Assembly: GCA_002633005.1 (NCBI GenBank)
Contig: NMRA01000011.1
Location: 299,451-363,450 of the forward strand
Direction: 5' to 3'
DNA length: 64,000 bases
Origin: Phoronis australis
Lineage: Eukaryota > Animalia > Phoronida
Shown here in pieces: positions 37,491-51,011 of the stretch. Under the pieces are notes generated by a model. The model did no database searches and was not told the origin of the DNA. It saw only the letters and a list, made by a program, of their open reading frames with translations. Positions within the stretch are counted from its first letter, which is position 1. Each line of letters starts with the position of its first letter. The position numbers were made by a program, and so were the translations under genes.

Positions 37491-40400
37491 AGACGTTGAA
37501 CGGCGTTTCAAGTCGATTTCACGGTTCTGATAGGGAGTAGTTTGAAGTGCCGGGGATGTCATAATTTCCCGCCTGAATACAGGAAACTGAATTTGGCATT
37601 GGAGGAGAGTGCTGCCTTCTCTGAGATATTCCATATGGAAATGTCAGTGTTGCAAATCTTTTGTATGATTACTATAATTCCAGGAGGTGAAAGACACTCG
37701 CGAGGCACTTGTGGCAAGAATCTTGATTTAGGGGAACGGATGTGCCACCTAATCATTTCAATAGCGGCCATTTTCCTACTCGCGTTCAGCAAACAGTTGC
37801 CTTCCATTCGTGTGGTTTTGAAAAAATGAGTGATCTCCCCAAAGTTACATGAAACCAGTTTACGAACGAGAGAGTGTGCACCCCTCGGTTCGGACCATGT
37901 CTGCAAATGGGTGCAAGCAAATCACGTGTCTAGAAACCACGCACCATTCAATCTACAGATATTATACCCCGATTGTCGTGTACGATTTTGTATAGAAATT
38001 GTGTACGAAAATCGGAGTGTGGTCGAAGACGTAGCTACAAGTCGGCATTCTTGTATGCCAGAGGTCAAACAGACTGATGAAAAGGATTGTAGCGATTGAA
38101 CGTTTCAGTTAGGGCCGTGTCTAAATTCGTTTTCATCCATTAATGGTAATCTATTAATTTTAATAATTAAAACTCACAGCCGAGAATATTCATTAATATC
38201 CCTAATGGTTTTAGCCCTAAAGCAATCTGAACATGATTTTAGATATGGTTTCTACATTGTTTTGTATTACTCTGCTATTATTCTGTGCTAGTGATCCATT
38301 TGTCGTACCATCGATGGTGTTACTGTAGGTAAACGGCAAATCTATAGTAGAAATATTTACTGACAAAATATAAACATTTCATGTTTACATGGAATTCAGT
38401 TTCACTCACTATGACAGTAAAGAATATATGTGGCTGCCAGAGGCCAGACTGGTATTTATTTTTCCCAGCAACAACGGTAATATGTAGAACGTTACACGTT
38501 ACGCATAGACAAAAGATACCGAGATGTTGCCTAGATGTGCTTGCTCGCAGCTATTTATCTACACTGAGAAGGTATATACATAATCACTTAGAATTAGCGA
38601 CGAACATCCATACTGTGCTAAACACTCACACCACGAATAGAGACCCGGGAATTTCTGTTAGCCACGATTACATTTTTGATGGCTCCTCACATTTGGTTAC
38701 AGATTGTTTCTTCAAAAATATTAAGGTTAAGTTTAAAGGGCGACAGTTAGCGACTTGTAATCAATTGAAGGAATTTGTTCTCTTATATTTCTGGTTTAGT
38801 AAAATCCCTAACTTCAATAAGTAAATCGTGTCCAACAAAATTAATAAAAATGCGTTTATTTGCCCTAAAACTGACAATGTTCCTTTAAACACACTTTCAC
38901 AACGATTAATTGGAAGTGTAATGACAGAAGCTGATTTTTTCCTTAAATTTCAAGGACGGGTTTAACTTTTGGGTAATACAAAGAGCAAAAAGCGCCATTT
39001 CAGCATAAATACGCGTCATGGGGTTTATTTTCTGAATGCCCACGTGATGACCTCGGAATGACCCTTTGTCCTGAGGAAAGATGAGTGTGTCAAACTCACG
39101 CGCTACATGACACGGGCCAGGATTCACTACTGGTTTACATAATGTAGCAGTGTGAATTTTAAAATTTTGTGACGTCACAACTGGCGAAAGGTTGACTGTG
39201 AGGTATACAGAAGAAAGAGTCACGAGCACGTTTATCTATTTTAAAATTTACTTTATTTCATTAGAATAACCAATAACGTACATATTCACATAACAATTCA
39301 TACTAAAACACATAAGTACAAAATCATGACGAAACCAAGTTCGAATTCATACTGCAACATTATACGTTAATTGCTTATTGACCTTCGCGTAGCCTTTTAT
39401 GACTTCTAGCAAGTGTCTTTTAAAATAGCAAAAAGGTACTTGCACGTATCACATGCATATATTTCATGGAAGGATAAGTGACCACTTCACAATCAACTCA
39501 TAAATACCATTTATTGAGAAAACACTCCCATGTATTTACATTACGAGACTTTTTTGTCCTCCATAACCCTTTGCTAGCTAGTTATTTGCAAACCTTTCCA
39601 AGTATGGCACTCATGAATTCAGTTTCTTCCGTAAGAATTATTGAAAATCAACGTCACTGTTTCCATCTTGCGGACAGCCAGCGCTACCTATTGCCACGGA
39701 CACAAGGGACTATACAATGACAAAAATGTTCATACAAGCATCACTAAAACTAATAAATATTTATATACAGTGCCCTGCCGACTAACTTGTAATGTTATTA
39801 AAAACACAAAAACAGATGAAGGATTATTTACAAAAGAGTGATTTTTTACATTATCATGCAGCTGCCCGGCGGTATATGTTTTCAGAGAAGATCAAACGAA
39901 AAACCAATTTCTGTTTCAATTAAGGCTTTAAATTTTCAAACTCCACGCACAAAGCACTTTTTCAATTAAATATTAAAATGTGTTTTTTATTCCATGGTTT
40001 TTAATGCACATGGACTATGCCAAACAAAGATATCCTAATTTATTGTTTATTTGATAAAAGGCAATGATATGCAATTAATCACGTCATTGAATTTGTCTGC
40101 TTCGACAATCTTTATCCGATGTCAGATACAATGTTTCAAACTTACATTGCAAACGATATACAACTTCAGGTGAACGATGCCGCTGAAAACTGCCTAAAAG
40201 GTGGCGTTGCAGACAAGTAGTGAAATCGCATTTCATAAGCTTTGATCATCAACAACTTCACACCAACGAAAAATGCAAACCGGAAGACAAGGGGTTAAAA
40301 CTAACAAGAGAAATCGCGTATTACTAAAGCACCGCTGTGGTCTGTTGAAAGGAGTGCGATAAAAGAAACACACAAAAATATAAAACCGATCGACACACAA

Positions 40401-43400
40401 GTACATGTAGGTATCCCTCCTATTCGCTGTTTTTCGCGAACAAGACGAACACTGAGTATCATTGAAAACTGTTGCCGGCGATGTGTCACCTTTTGCATGG
40501 CAAAGACATAGAGGCAGCGAAAAACATCGGTTGTTAAATGTAAAATGCGCCGCATGTCGCCTTTCGCAAAATGGCTGAGCACAAGAGCCGACGCGAACGT
40601 AATTATGAATACTGATTCGGTAAAGATTCAACAAAATTCATTTACAAGGAATGAGATACATGCCTAATTCTTCACGTTATGTTGTTTCTAAGCGACTGGA
40701 TAATACAGTGGAAATCGAGGAAGTCCATGTGATCAGCACAATTAACAATTTAATGAGTTGAACAAATAAAACAAGATTCACATGTTAAGGACTTCAATGT
40801 AAGAGAATACTGCGCTTTTTTAGAAAAAGTTCTGACTATTTACAGAGTGCATAAAAATTTGGTCCCCCTTCAGCAATTGCTTTAGCACCATGGAAATATT
40901 GACGAGTTCCTCTCAGAATTTTCAGCTGTTCAGTTGTTGCAGTCGTGACGTTGTGCAGATGGTGAGACTGATTCACGAGCAACGTGGCCATGGAAACAGG
41001 CGCAGAGCAGCAGAATTGAGCAACAATCAGGGGTGCATCCAAAGGCGGTATTACTTCCGGCCGAGCGGATTGATCGATACTAACCAGGGGCGGCCGACTT
41101 TCTGTAAATAGAGTCAGTTAGTGTGAATGTCATTAAATGCTGCCTTAGTGTCTGAAATGAAAGCTAATAATAAACTGAAACAAAATTCCCACCCAGTATG
41201 ACAATTTTTCTTACATGCTGAACAAAACATATTTGACCTGTGCCTTTCAAAATGTAGATAGCGTAATGTCTCACCTCATCAGACGGCATTGCCGTTTGTC
41301 TCTGTCCCATGATCAAGTTAATCGGCTCATCATTTGGTGCCGTTCACATCGGTGTCTTTTAAAAGTCGCTGATGTCACCTTCCACATTACTGTAATACAA
41401 AATGAAGAGTCAAGTCATGAGAGAGAGCAAGGGATTTCATGCGTTGCGCTCTCCACATTGTAGATCGCTGAAAGGTCTACGAGAATGGATGAATGTTTAC
41501 CCGGTGATGATTTCAAAACACATCACCAGGGCGAACGTTCATCCGGCCACGATAGACACATCGACTTTTCTTGAAGCTGTACCCGAATGATGAATTAAGC
41601 CTCATTATTTGTGCATCGTTATTTTCATCATTAATAGCTCATGTGGTGGATTTACAACATTGACTGACTTTGTAAAACAGTACCACTGTGCCAAGTCTTT
41701 CGTCTTTTCTGTCATTGTCACAATCATCATATTTGTCTCCGTCCTTATTGTGGTCGTCGTCACAAACACTACAACTGCACACATGCCTGAACATTTTATG
41801 TTCAGACATCCGCACGTGCACTGAAAAAGAACAGCTGGACGTCGCCTTCCTCGTTAGTCACGAGAAGTTCATAAATTGATTCTCTGTGTAAAATGAAATT
41901 AGTTGTTACGATCAAAAAGTACGTTTACTTTTTCACCACAACTTCTCGGCAGTGCTGATTTGTGTGTGTTTATAATTTGGAAAGTACAAATCATGCGTAA
42001 AGGAATTCGTAATCGATGCAGATAGCATTACCGTTTACGAATACATTGAATTTTGACACATTTGGTTAAATATAGAGTGATCACTTTGTCGGTTTGTAAT
42101 TTTGTAATTGAGAAATTATGCCAACGCCACCAGGTGTCGCTATCGCCAAAAATCACTACATTTGTACAGTCATTTTGTCTTGAGGCATTGCAGGTCTACT
42201 ACATTTATAAGCTGTGGGTGGAATGAATGTTATTTCCACCTGACTAATATTAAATGTCTCATATCTTGCTCTGACAATCTAGATGAGAAAAAATAAACAC
42301 CTGACTTTAACTTTTTGCATAAATGTGTGATGGGATTTTTCTGGAGATGTTTATTCAGGTCATGTGTCCCTTGTCACTGAACAGATAGCATTCTTTCGCG
42401 TACAAACGTAGGAATTAGTGCACTGCTTCGGTTTATTATGTAAATCCTCTGCCTTTCTCGTAGTCATGCAAAGTCTCTTTGTTTCTGGGTCAACACCCTG
42501 GGGTAGCCCCACATAACAAAGATAAGGAAAGTACCGATTCGAAGTGAAAAGTGGCTTGCTCACGACCAGTATTCCCTACGAGTACAGGGAGCCTTTTTCT
42601 ATTTAACTCAGTCACAAGAGGGTTCACTTTGGGAGCTCGAAATTCTACAGAGATTTTACCGTATTTTAAAGGTCTGGTTTCAAACGAGATACCCATTTTG
42701 ACAACATGGCATCTCTTCTTGTATCGTTTCAAAATTCAAATGTTCAAGAATCGGTACGAATGGGAATATATGGTTTCTGGAATTAGGTCCTACAAAAGAG
42801 TGGTTTTCTTGGAACAAAAACGTACAAAACGGTGATTTTGTGGAAGCTCCCTTGAAAAGGGTTTCGTTTTTTCTAGTCCACTCTCTCATTCCCCAGTGGC
42901 CTCGTAAAAAATATAGTCGACGGAGTACCCCGGGTGAAGAGATATTAGATGCGGATGAGATAGAGGAAAATACAGAACAACTCTGACTCTGAATATATTG
43001 CCAGGTTAAGTTCAATCAAACACGCATCAAGTACTAGGTCCAGAAACAAATGATCTTGAATTGGTGATTGTTCATCGCCCGTGTTTCTAGCTTCATTGAA
43101 ATGCTTCCGACTGCGCGCTTGTTCCATGGTTGTCAATGACAATTCAACCGTTAGATGTCGCTTCAATCAGTATGCCAAAATTTCAAAAGGTGAAAACGTC
43201 GTTAAGGAGACAAACTGCTGCAGAAAGAGGAACCATGTTTTCTTTTTTAAAAGCAATGACCACAATTCATTAGTAATAAATATTTGGGGTGAAATCTGTT
43301 TTTTACCAAGCAACAAAAGGGGTTTGCGCGGCTAATTAGTAATTATACGTGTTTTACTAATCTATAATCCAGTAAAAATTCCCGAACAAACCTTGATTTA

Positions 43401-46400
43401 ACATTAGTACTCGTTTCTTCGTTTGGTCGACCTTTGCCATGTGTTTTGTATTTCTGATCCCTCACCGAAGGAAGGCCGAGTTCGCATTACCCTATATTTT
43501 ATCACTGAACTATTTCATTAATTGAATACAGACGGCGGGGGGTCACTGGAGTACATATGTATTTTATAAGCCGACAGTCTTGTAAAGATACAATATACGT
43601 CTGTGTACACTTTCGGCAGGACTCCATGAATGAAGCCATTTTATCTAAATACTTGCGCTTTGAACTTTTGTTAGTTTGCCCCGAAGCAATTCAGGTGAGA
43701 CGATCGCCTAGCAACGACAAATAGTAGGCAATAGTTGTAAGTTAATTGAAGTTTTTCGATCGATTTACGGGGCCAATTAAAACTGGGGTCATTGAAATGC
43801 TGCTTTTGAGTTTAACTTTTGTCCAGCAATTGATAAGAAATGCAAAACAATGAAAATTGAGCTGCGCCGACAAAAGACATCTCTTATGTGATGATCTTCT
43901 GAGAAAATTCATTAGAAAGATGAGCAACTATTAAGATTTTGCTGTAAAATATTTCATAGAACAGATCAAATGATACATTCGAAAAATTGTTTCACTTCAA
44001 AAAAATATATACTATACATCTCTCGTCTGATCAAATGCCATTTCAAATTTGAAATATTAATTTAAGTTTTCAACGAGTTCAAATTGTACTCTAGGACTAC
44101 GTGATCGAAAGCGCGAAAAAAAAACTTTGAACAAAGGCAACAGTTGAAACGCAAAAGCCCAAGTAAATACGATTCTGTAGTAGATAACGCTAAGGTTGAA
44201 ACAGGTTATATTTGCATTGTTTAGGGTCACGTGAATGTCGAATAATTTACTTCAATTCGTTGCGGTGTAATTTTTGTTTAAGACCAGTAAAAATTGTAAA
44301 TTTAAGGGGGATGCAAAATTAAGTGCCCATTGGTTTCATCAGCATGTTCCATAACCGTGTATACAATAGGCAACACTTAAACACTGAACTTATTCTGCTT
44401 CCGTGAATTTAGATCTTCGTCATACATTGAACATTATCCTGCCGAAGATCGGCAAAAAATACCACCTGCCGTGTATATTTTGGATGTCTCCCATTGCGTC
44501 TTGATGCAACAAATAATTATGAGTCAAATCGACAACTGAATCAATTAAATGCCACAAACATTACGCGAAGGTAACTGAAAAATAGATATCTAACGACTTA
44601 GATTTTACCTGATGCCGTTCAGTTGTACATTATGAGTGGTTAGAGACCTAAAATAAGGTGGCCGTCACAATATTAATAATACTTTGGTGGCAGAAAGATG
44701 CTCCAGATATCTGGCTTTTCACACCAAACGCCCATTGTTACAAATGATGTACGCTAAACGTGTGTCATTGTCTCCTTTCTTCTCTACTTTCTTTCTTTTT
44801 TCTTTCACATAGACTTTTCTCTCTCTCACTTATATTTTTTATCTCGTTGAAACGTGTGTTCTTGTTGTCTGTGGGTGGTACACGATACGACGAGCGTTTT
44901 GTTTGTGTTCGTTTACACATTACAAACAAGATGTAATTTACTGACAAAAAATGATGGGTGTGTAAAATTACGATAGAATAACTTTTAGAAATTGTTGGTC
45001 TATCCAAGGTAAAATTTAAACTGAACTGTCAATAGAAATCGCTATCGGCAGTTTCCCAAAGTAGATGCAGACGATCTAAATGTGCTACCACTCAACCATT
45101 AAACTGTGGAATTTCTCAAAAATGTGCACTTAAATTCGGTTAGCATTTGACAGAATTTCCAGAAATTGTGTCACCCATTAGCAACTTTCTTTTCTTCGTA
45201 AGTGTTAATGCCTTATATACATTTATTTTTAAACAAAATGAGTCTTGCGTTTATGACTGCTCCAAATTATAGAATCATGATATTCTTTTGTTCATTTTGA
45301 GCAGATGGTGAAAATAATTGAATAAAATTATTTCAGATGTGTTGCTGTATTTAAGTTTATTTGAGTACGTAAAATCAAAAAGTAACACAATTAATTCGGC
45401 AGTTTCCCCTGTCGACGTTAACTTACTTTATTGCGCCTATTATTTGATTAAACGACAATCGAAAATCATAAATTTGAACTACTATGGAAAGTTTTGGTTA
45501 CCAATTCTACAGATGTATTCAAACTATTCATTCAGGTTAGCGCCTAAAAAAACTACGCTGTTCAATCGTCATTGAACACTTTCATACAATGCGCGAACTA
45601 GTTGACGGCTAGTAGCTCAGGTACATTTTCGATCAATTAAAAGACTTTGTTTTCACACCGGTACAAAGGCACAGCGTTTGTGCCCAGTTAGTTCGTGGTT
45701 TCCTTAAAAACGACCTTTTCTAAGCACCCTTAGAAAACCACACTTCTCGTTGACAATGAATTCCATTGAAACTCCAGACTAGCCCGCAGTTGTCAGTAAG
45801 CTAACAATGGAGTATTTTTTCATTTGTTTTTCTAACCCTGTGTAGAAGAAATTTGGTCTGGCCTGATTTTTGTAAAGACACAATGCAAACCAGGCTCTTC
45901 TATAGTGGAGCAGTTTGTTGAGTAAATGTCGACTTATTTCACGGCATGTAGGTGGTTTGCTAGGCGTGTTTAGATACGGCCATGTGTGAATAAAAATGTA
46001 TAGGCTGTCATGAGAAAATTGCTAGTTTCTTTTTCACAATAGGTACACATAGTTTTATACCACTGGTACATGAATGCTTTATTTCAATAAGGCATCGGGT
46101 TACCCTCGTATTATAATGTTCAACCCAAAGTTTTCATGAGATGTATCGAACAGCATCATGGCCACGAGTTAGAGAAGATTGTTTTACAAATCTCACACCA
46201 TGCGGAGTATTCTGAACAGGGAAAATGCCTTGGTCTGCACATGTATTCTATTGCCCTGTTGCCATCTTCACAGTGTCTACAATTCATAATCAATCCAAAA
46301 TATCTCTACAATTGTCGACGCACACATACTTTTAACAATATAGCGTTCTATTTCGTTGGGATTTGACAAATAAAGTTTCATTCGCCACGTAACCTTTACA

Positions 46401-49400
46401 ATTTCGTGTCAGCTGTTCACCAAAGCGCCATTCGCAGCTGATATCTATTTGTGAGTCATCGAAAAAAGGTTTGTTTATCCTAAAAACATTACACAACCTC
46501 TGCACAAGGACTTACCATTGCAAGAGTTCATATTAATATTAAACAGGCTCACAGTACCAGTGGCGTGGCCGGTCATTACTCGACAGATAATGATTGTACA
46601 CAACCTGTGTCATGCAATATACAAAGCAACAAACATTCAACGAAACATGTCATAAAGAACACTTTATATGAACACGGTAAGATGTCGATAGCATGCTGGG
46701 GATTCCCGCCAAAATGGATGAGTGTGGATCTAGTCATGGCTCGTATCACGCATGGACCAGACACACAGTCATGCATTGCGGCGTAAGGTTGGTGCCGGTT
46801 TCGCTCGCCAGCTCCCGATCTCGGGCCGGGCATGGCGTGCGTTCGTCAAAGCGTTCAGACGTTCTACTTTCATCAATCCCGTTCAACGTACATTGATTAC
46901 GACTTAATTTGATGTCATTCATAATTAATGTAAAGAATTATGTATTCGTCGTCATATGGACGAATGTTACAATTGAAAATACACAAATATTCCGAATACG
47001 TTAGATTATCGCAAACGCGGTCGACACGGGGTCACCAAATAGTATAAACATGGTTATACATCCAATCGATCAAACTTGCCGCACTCCGCTCCAGGGGTCA
47101 CGCTGAATCATATTTAACATAGTTTTTTCCTGTTAAGAACGAACTTTCGCATCAAATTTGATCCTTCCTGTTGCGGTTCAGTTAAGTTCACTTCACAATC
47201 CCACTGTCGTGAAACACAAGAAACGTCTCCGTGAAATTAGATGTGCAAGTCTTTGCTAAAACTCCTGTTACGCCTGGGCTATCACTCGAAATGTAATAAA
47301 TCGTTTCCCTTGTAAACCGTAGCTCTTCTTTTTCGACTTCTTTAGTGCCCGAAGGAGACACGAGTAATGTCCGATTGTGGTTCACTCTTGCAGAAAAGAG
47401 ACGCTCCTATTGCGCATGTGCAACGCAGAAGTTGGATGCGCAGTGACAAAAACGAGGGCTTATGAAAATAGTAAAAGCCTTTTCATAATTCAACGCGTTT
47501 ATAGATCGCCATTGCGAGAATCAATAGACATCAGGAAAAAAGCAGACTAACTCCCGTGCCGTTCAATAACATTGCGCACGCACTGAATCGACTTTGGAAG
47601 AGCTTGGCATATCTAGCAAACGCGACCGACCGTCCAATCAAGCACAGGACCTGAACTTATATTGGCATGGGTGCCCAGTATCCTATTCCAACTTGGTACG
47701 CTGCATGAATAAAGTGATCTGTGACCCGACAACTTTTATATCTTGAGCTATAGACCACTGTGGGACAATCGACACCCTTTCAATTTATTTATAAGGCCGC
47801 GTTGGTCGGTTTGTTATCATAGGCGTTATTATTGCTGGCGGAGATTTGCTTATTAGTTCGTCATACGCGCCTTGTGAATAGAACACAATATTATCTAAAC
47901 AAAACTAAAAATTCTATACATTCTTTTGCGTCCGTTTCCTTTAGAGTTCTATAGACGATTGATAGAAACTGATTGGTCTATACTTTCCCGCCTAAACTAA
48001 TTTCTTTCGCCTCACCTATTTCTTGCGACAATGCAATCAAAAAACAGGTTTAGGAAAATTGTGTTAGTTTAACTAACCATGAAAATTGCATTAAACTGAA
48101 ACGGCGTACTGTATTTGTCAAACAAAGATAAGTATATATTTTCAAATCGGACCCATTTTTGGTTTCACATTAGAAAAAGGCACGAGCTAAAATCAGATTT
48201 TCTCAATTTGTTTGAACAGAGTTGTTCAAAACTGCCTATATGCAGATTTTTCATTTGACGTTTGCCCTAGTATATCTCAACTTTACCCTCAAAAAATAAC
48301 AAAAAATACTAAAATAGGGAAATGTTTTTCCGTATCATGACCTCTCTTAACAGAACAACTTGAACTTAAATCACCCCATCACGAATGATAACGGTTGATG
48401 AAAAATATTCTGATAATAATTTCGTTTTTCGTGTACCATACATGTTCTTCTTTCTAAAAAAACCCGACGAATCGTAACATTTTATATGTTTCAGTCAGGT
48501 AAGTACAAAGTTCAATCAGATAAAATACGAATCAAAGTATTCATTTTTATTTTTATAGGTTTTCAATTGTGATCACAGAAGTTAAATTCGTTGATACGTA
48601 CTCAGAGGCTGTATACACGTTGTGGTTTACCCGAGTTTAATTAGTACGCGGTGAGCCATTGACAGGGATCACGTGACGTGCTCTGGTTTTTTCATATCCA
48701 ATCACGCTGGGTAAGTCAGGAAAGGTCAATATCCTTTCACAATGACGAGCACGGGACCTGACCTATAACCTGCGAGTTCTTTGACACAGTTCCGTGCGAA
48801 ATATATGTTTCAGGATTTTTTTTCGACGAACGTAGTTCAAATTAAGTTAATGCCTTTTTTCTTAATAATACAAATTGGTTGAGAATCATAACCGCCATGA
48901 AAACACGATAACGCCGGGTTCATTGGTCGTAAAATAGGTCATACTCGTCAACAACGGCTGGGGTGAACAACATTATTCCGATAAATCAACACGATTTGTT
49001 TTCAACTTCCTATGCTTCTTTTTCAAATGCGAATAAGTCAGAAACGCTTACTCGACTTACATCATTGAACTGTAGTTTTTTACGAAATTTTAAGACCAGG
49101 CCGCGATTTTAAAATCTAATCCCGGCACCAACGTGTGTTCTGGTGACTTGTGTATGCGTATTTCGACAATATTGCTCGGAGGGGTGGGTGTAAGCATGCT
49201 ATCGACATCTGAAAGAAAAGGACACTACAAAAAACGAGTCTAAGACTCAAGAAGTACTTACTCATTTTCCGCCACTTAGCCTTCGTCTTCATTACTATTG
49301 TCTCGTCGCAGAGGTCCTGTATGGAGGTTCCAGTCTCCGCAGCTCCCTTCTCCTCTGTCATCGCCGTTTTCACTAACCTCAGAATCCCACAAATCAATCA

Positions 49401-50838
49401 CTTCGTACTTCGGCGTAGGCCAAAAAAACAACAGCCGTGACTCACATATTACAAGGAACGCAATGCACTAAACACCTTCTTTGATATGCGCATCGATATT
49501 TATACCGGAAACACAACATGTATTGTTTACACACTCATTCTTGCTGCGATGTAAACAGCTGAGAAATCTGAGAGAAACTGGTAATCTCTCAGCATAGAAT
49601 CCGTTATATACAGTCCAGAAGATGGCAGAGTCGGGTCGTATCCTGGCATGACACCTACTTGAACTAAATAGTTTATTAATTATTTCTATGGCCTCAGAAG
49701 CCCTTTTATCATGTACCTAATGCCATGACACAGTCAGTCAAGGATAACCCTGTGTTAACCTCGTTGTGGCTATTAATAGCATTACCTTAGCTCAGGGGTG
49801 ATTCCCTCAGTGCGCATGTCGAACGTGGTTTAGTTTTACATAACGTAAACAGGCGAGTGTAGCTGCGCCAATAGAACGGTTTACAGACTACATACATTCA
49901 GATCAAATCATTGATAGGGAATAGCTGATCAAAATTTGGCACAATCAACACTTATTCATTATGTGTTTATTGCAAACACGTTGTGATGTTCTTTTTGAGT
50001 TGCGTATTTACGAATAGGTTTCGTGGTAATTATAGAATTCGACTGATGTGTTCTGTAGTGTTGTTGTGTGGTGAAAATGAGGATTCGTATACTGCTTTGC
50101 TGTGGATTCGTCGCTCACATCTCTAAGCTTGTTTGCATAACTTAAGACAATCAATGTTTCCTGGTTCTGCTTTCGCCAGACGCGTCTGTTGAATACCTGT
50201 ATTTCAATTGATAACAAATATTTTGATATCTACAGGTCTCACAGTGACTGGCTGAATGTGTTGATATAATCGGTCAACGTATTGCTCGGTCAACCTTCAA
50301 CAACCCTAGGTCAAGGGTCACGGTGCGAACGTGACCTGTGGTGACCCAATGACCATAAACTGTACAACCTACGCGGCTGCGGTTAAACAAACGCGATGGG
50401 CAAATGCAAACGATGAGTCCCAGGATCGTCCAGTCAAGACTAAATGACTCCACTGCCACCTACACCCCCGTGACGTAACTTGAATTGCGATATTTTCGAA
50501 TAGTTTCCCTTCCGTTCCAGTAAGACAAAATAGAAACCCTACGCGTTTCAGTCCATATGTGATGTGCATTATTTTAGTGGCAATCTACTCGTAAACTTAG
50601 AGCATTTGAGTTTTCCTTTGGCATTTAAACATTATCTCGGAATAGTTAAAAGAACTTCTGTCCGTTTATCAAAATTAGGGCTAGCACCTGTGTTATTTAT
50701 TTTCTGGTTTAAATAAATTTGGCATTGTCGATACGATAGCTCCAATCTGTTGTCATTGGTCTCAAACCCCCAACTTGCTATCAACAACTAGCGAAGTGCC
50801 ACCATAAACTTGATGGTATTGGAAAATCACCGTGTCCT

Positions 50839-51011
50839 GTCTCCCGTTCAGTAACGCTAGGACCTCGCTAAAAAGCAAGACTTCGCGAGATTACGTAAGA
50901 CACTTATATTGCCGTGCATTTTAAATGAGAGCACGTGACTTTGACTAGGTTTTGGCTAGGTCCTAGCGTAGGTCCTAGCGTAGGTCCTAGCGTCTACTGA
51001 ACGCACGCTTG
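50839..51011 (+). mobile_element. MITE family copy (gctaggacct family)
   Basis: TIR cgttcagta-acgctaggacct / aggtcctagcgtctactgaacg; (aggtcctagcgt)x3. Diverged relatives lie at about 27465-27660 and 51200-51378. Confidence 0.7.

Noticed and set aside
42360-43335. Cluster of 70-110 aa overlapping ORFs with coding-like composition
   Set aside because: No recognisable motif and no phase-consistent exon chain; possibly a decayed insertion.
49116-49410. Minus-strand ORF with a strong GTAAGT donor, as candidate first exon of the PKD1-like gene
   Set aside because: No signal peptide before the donor, and a much better first exon exists at 34881-34913. The acidic alternative frame may be transposase debris but is not identifiable.
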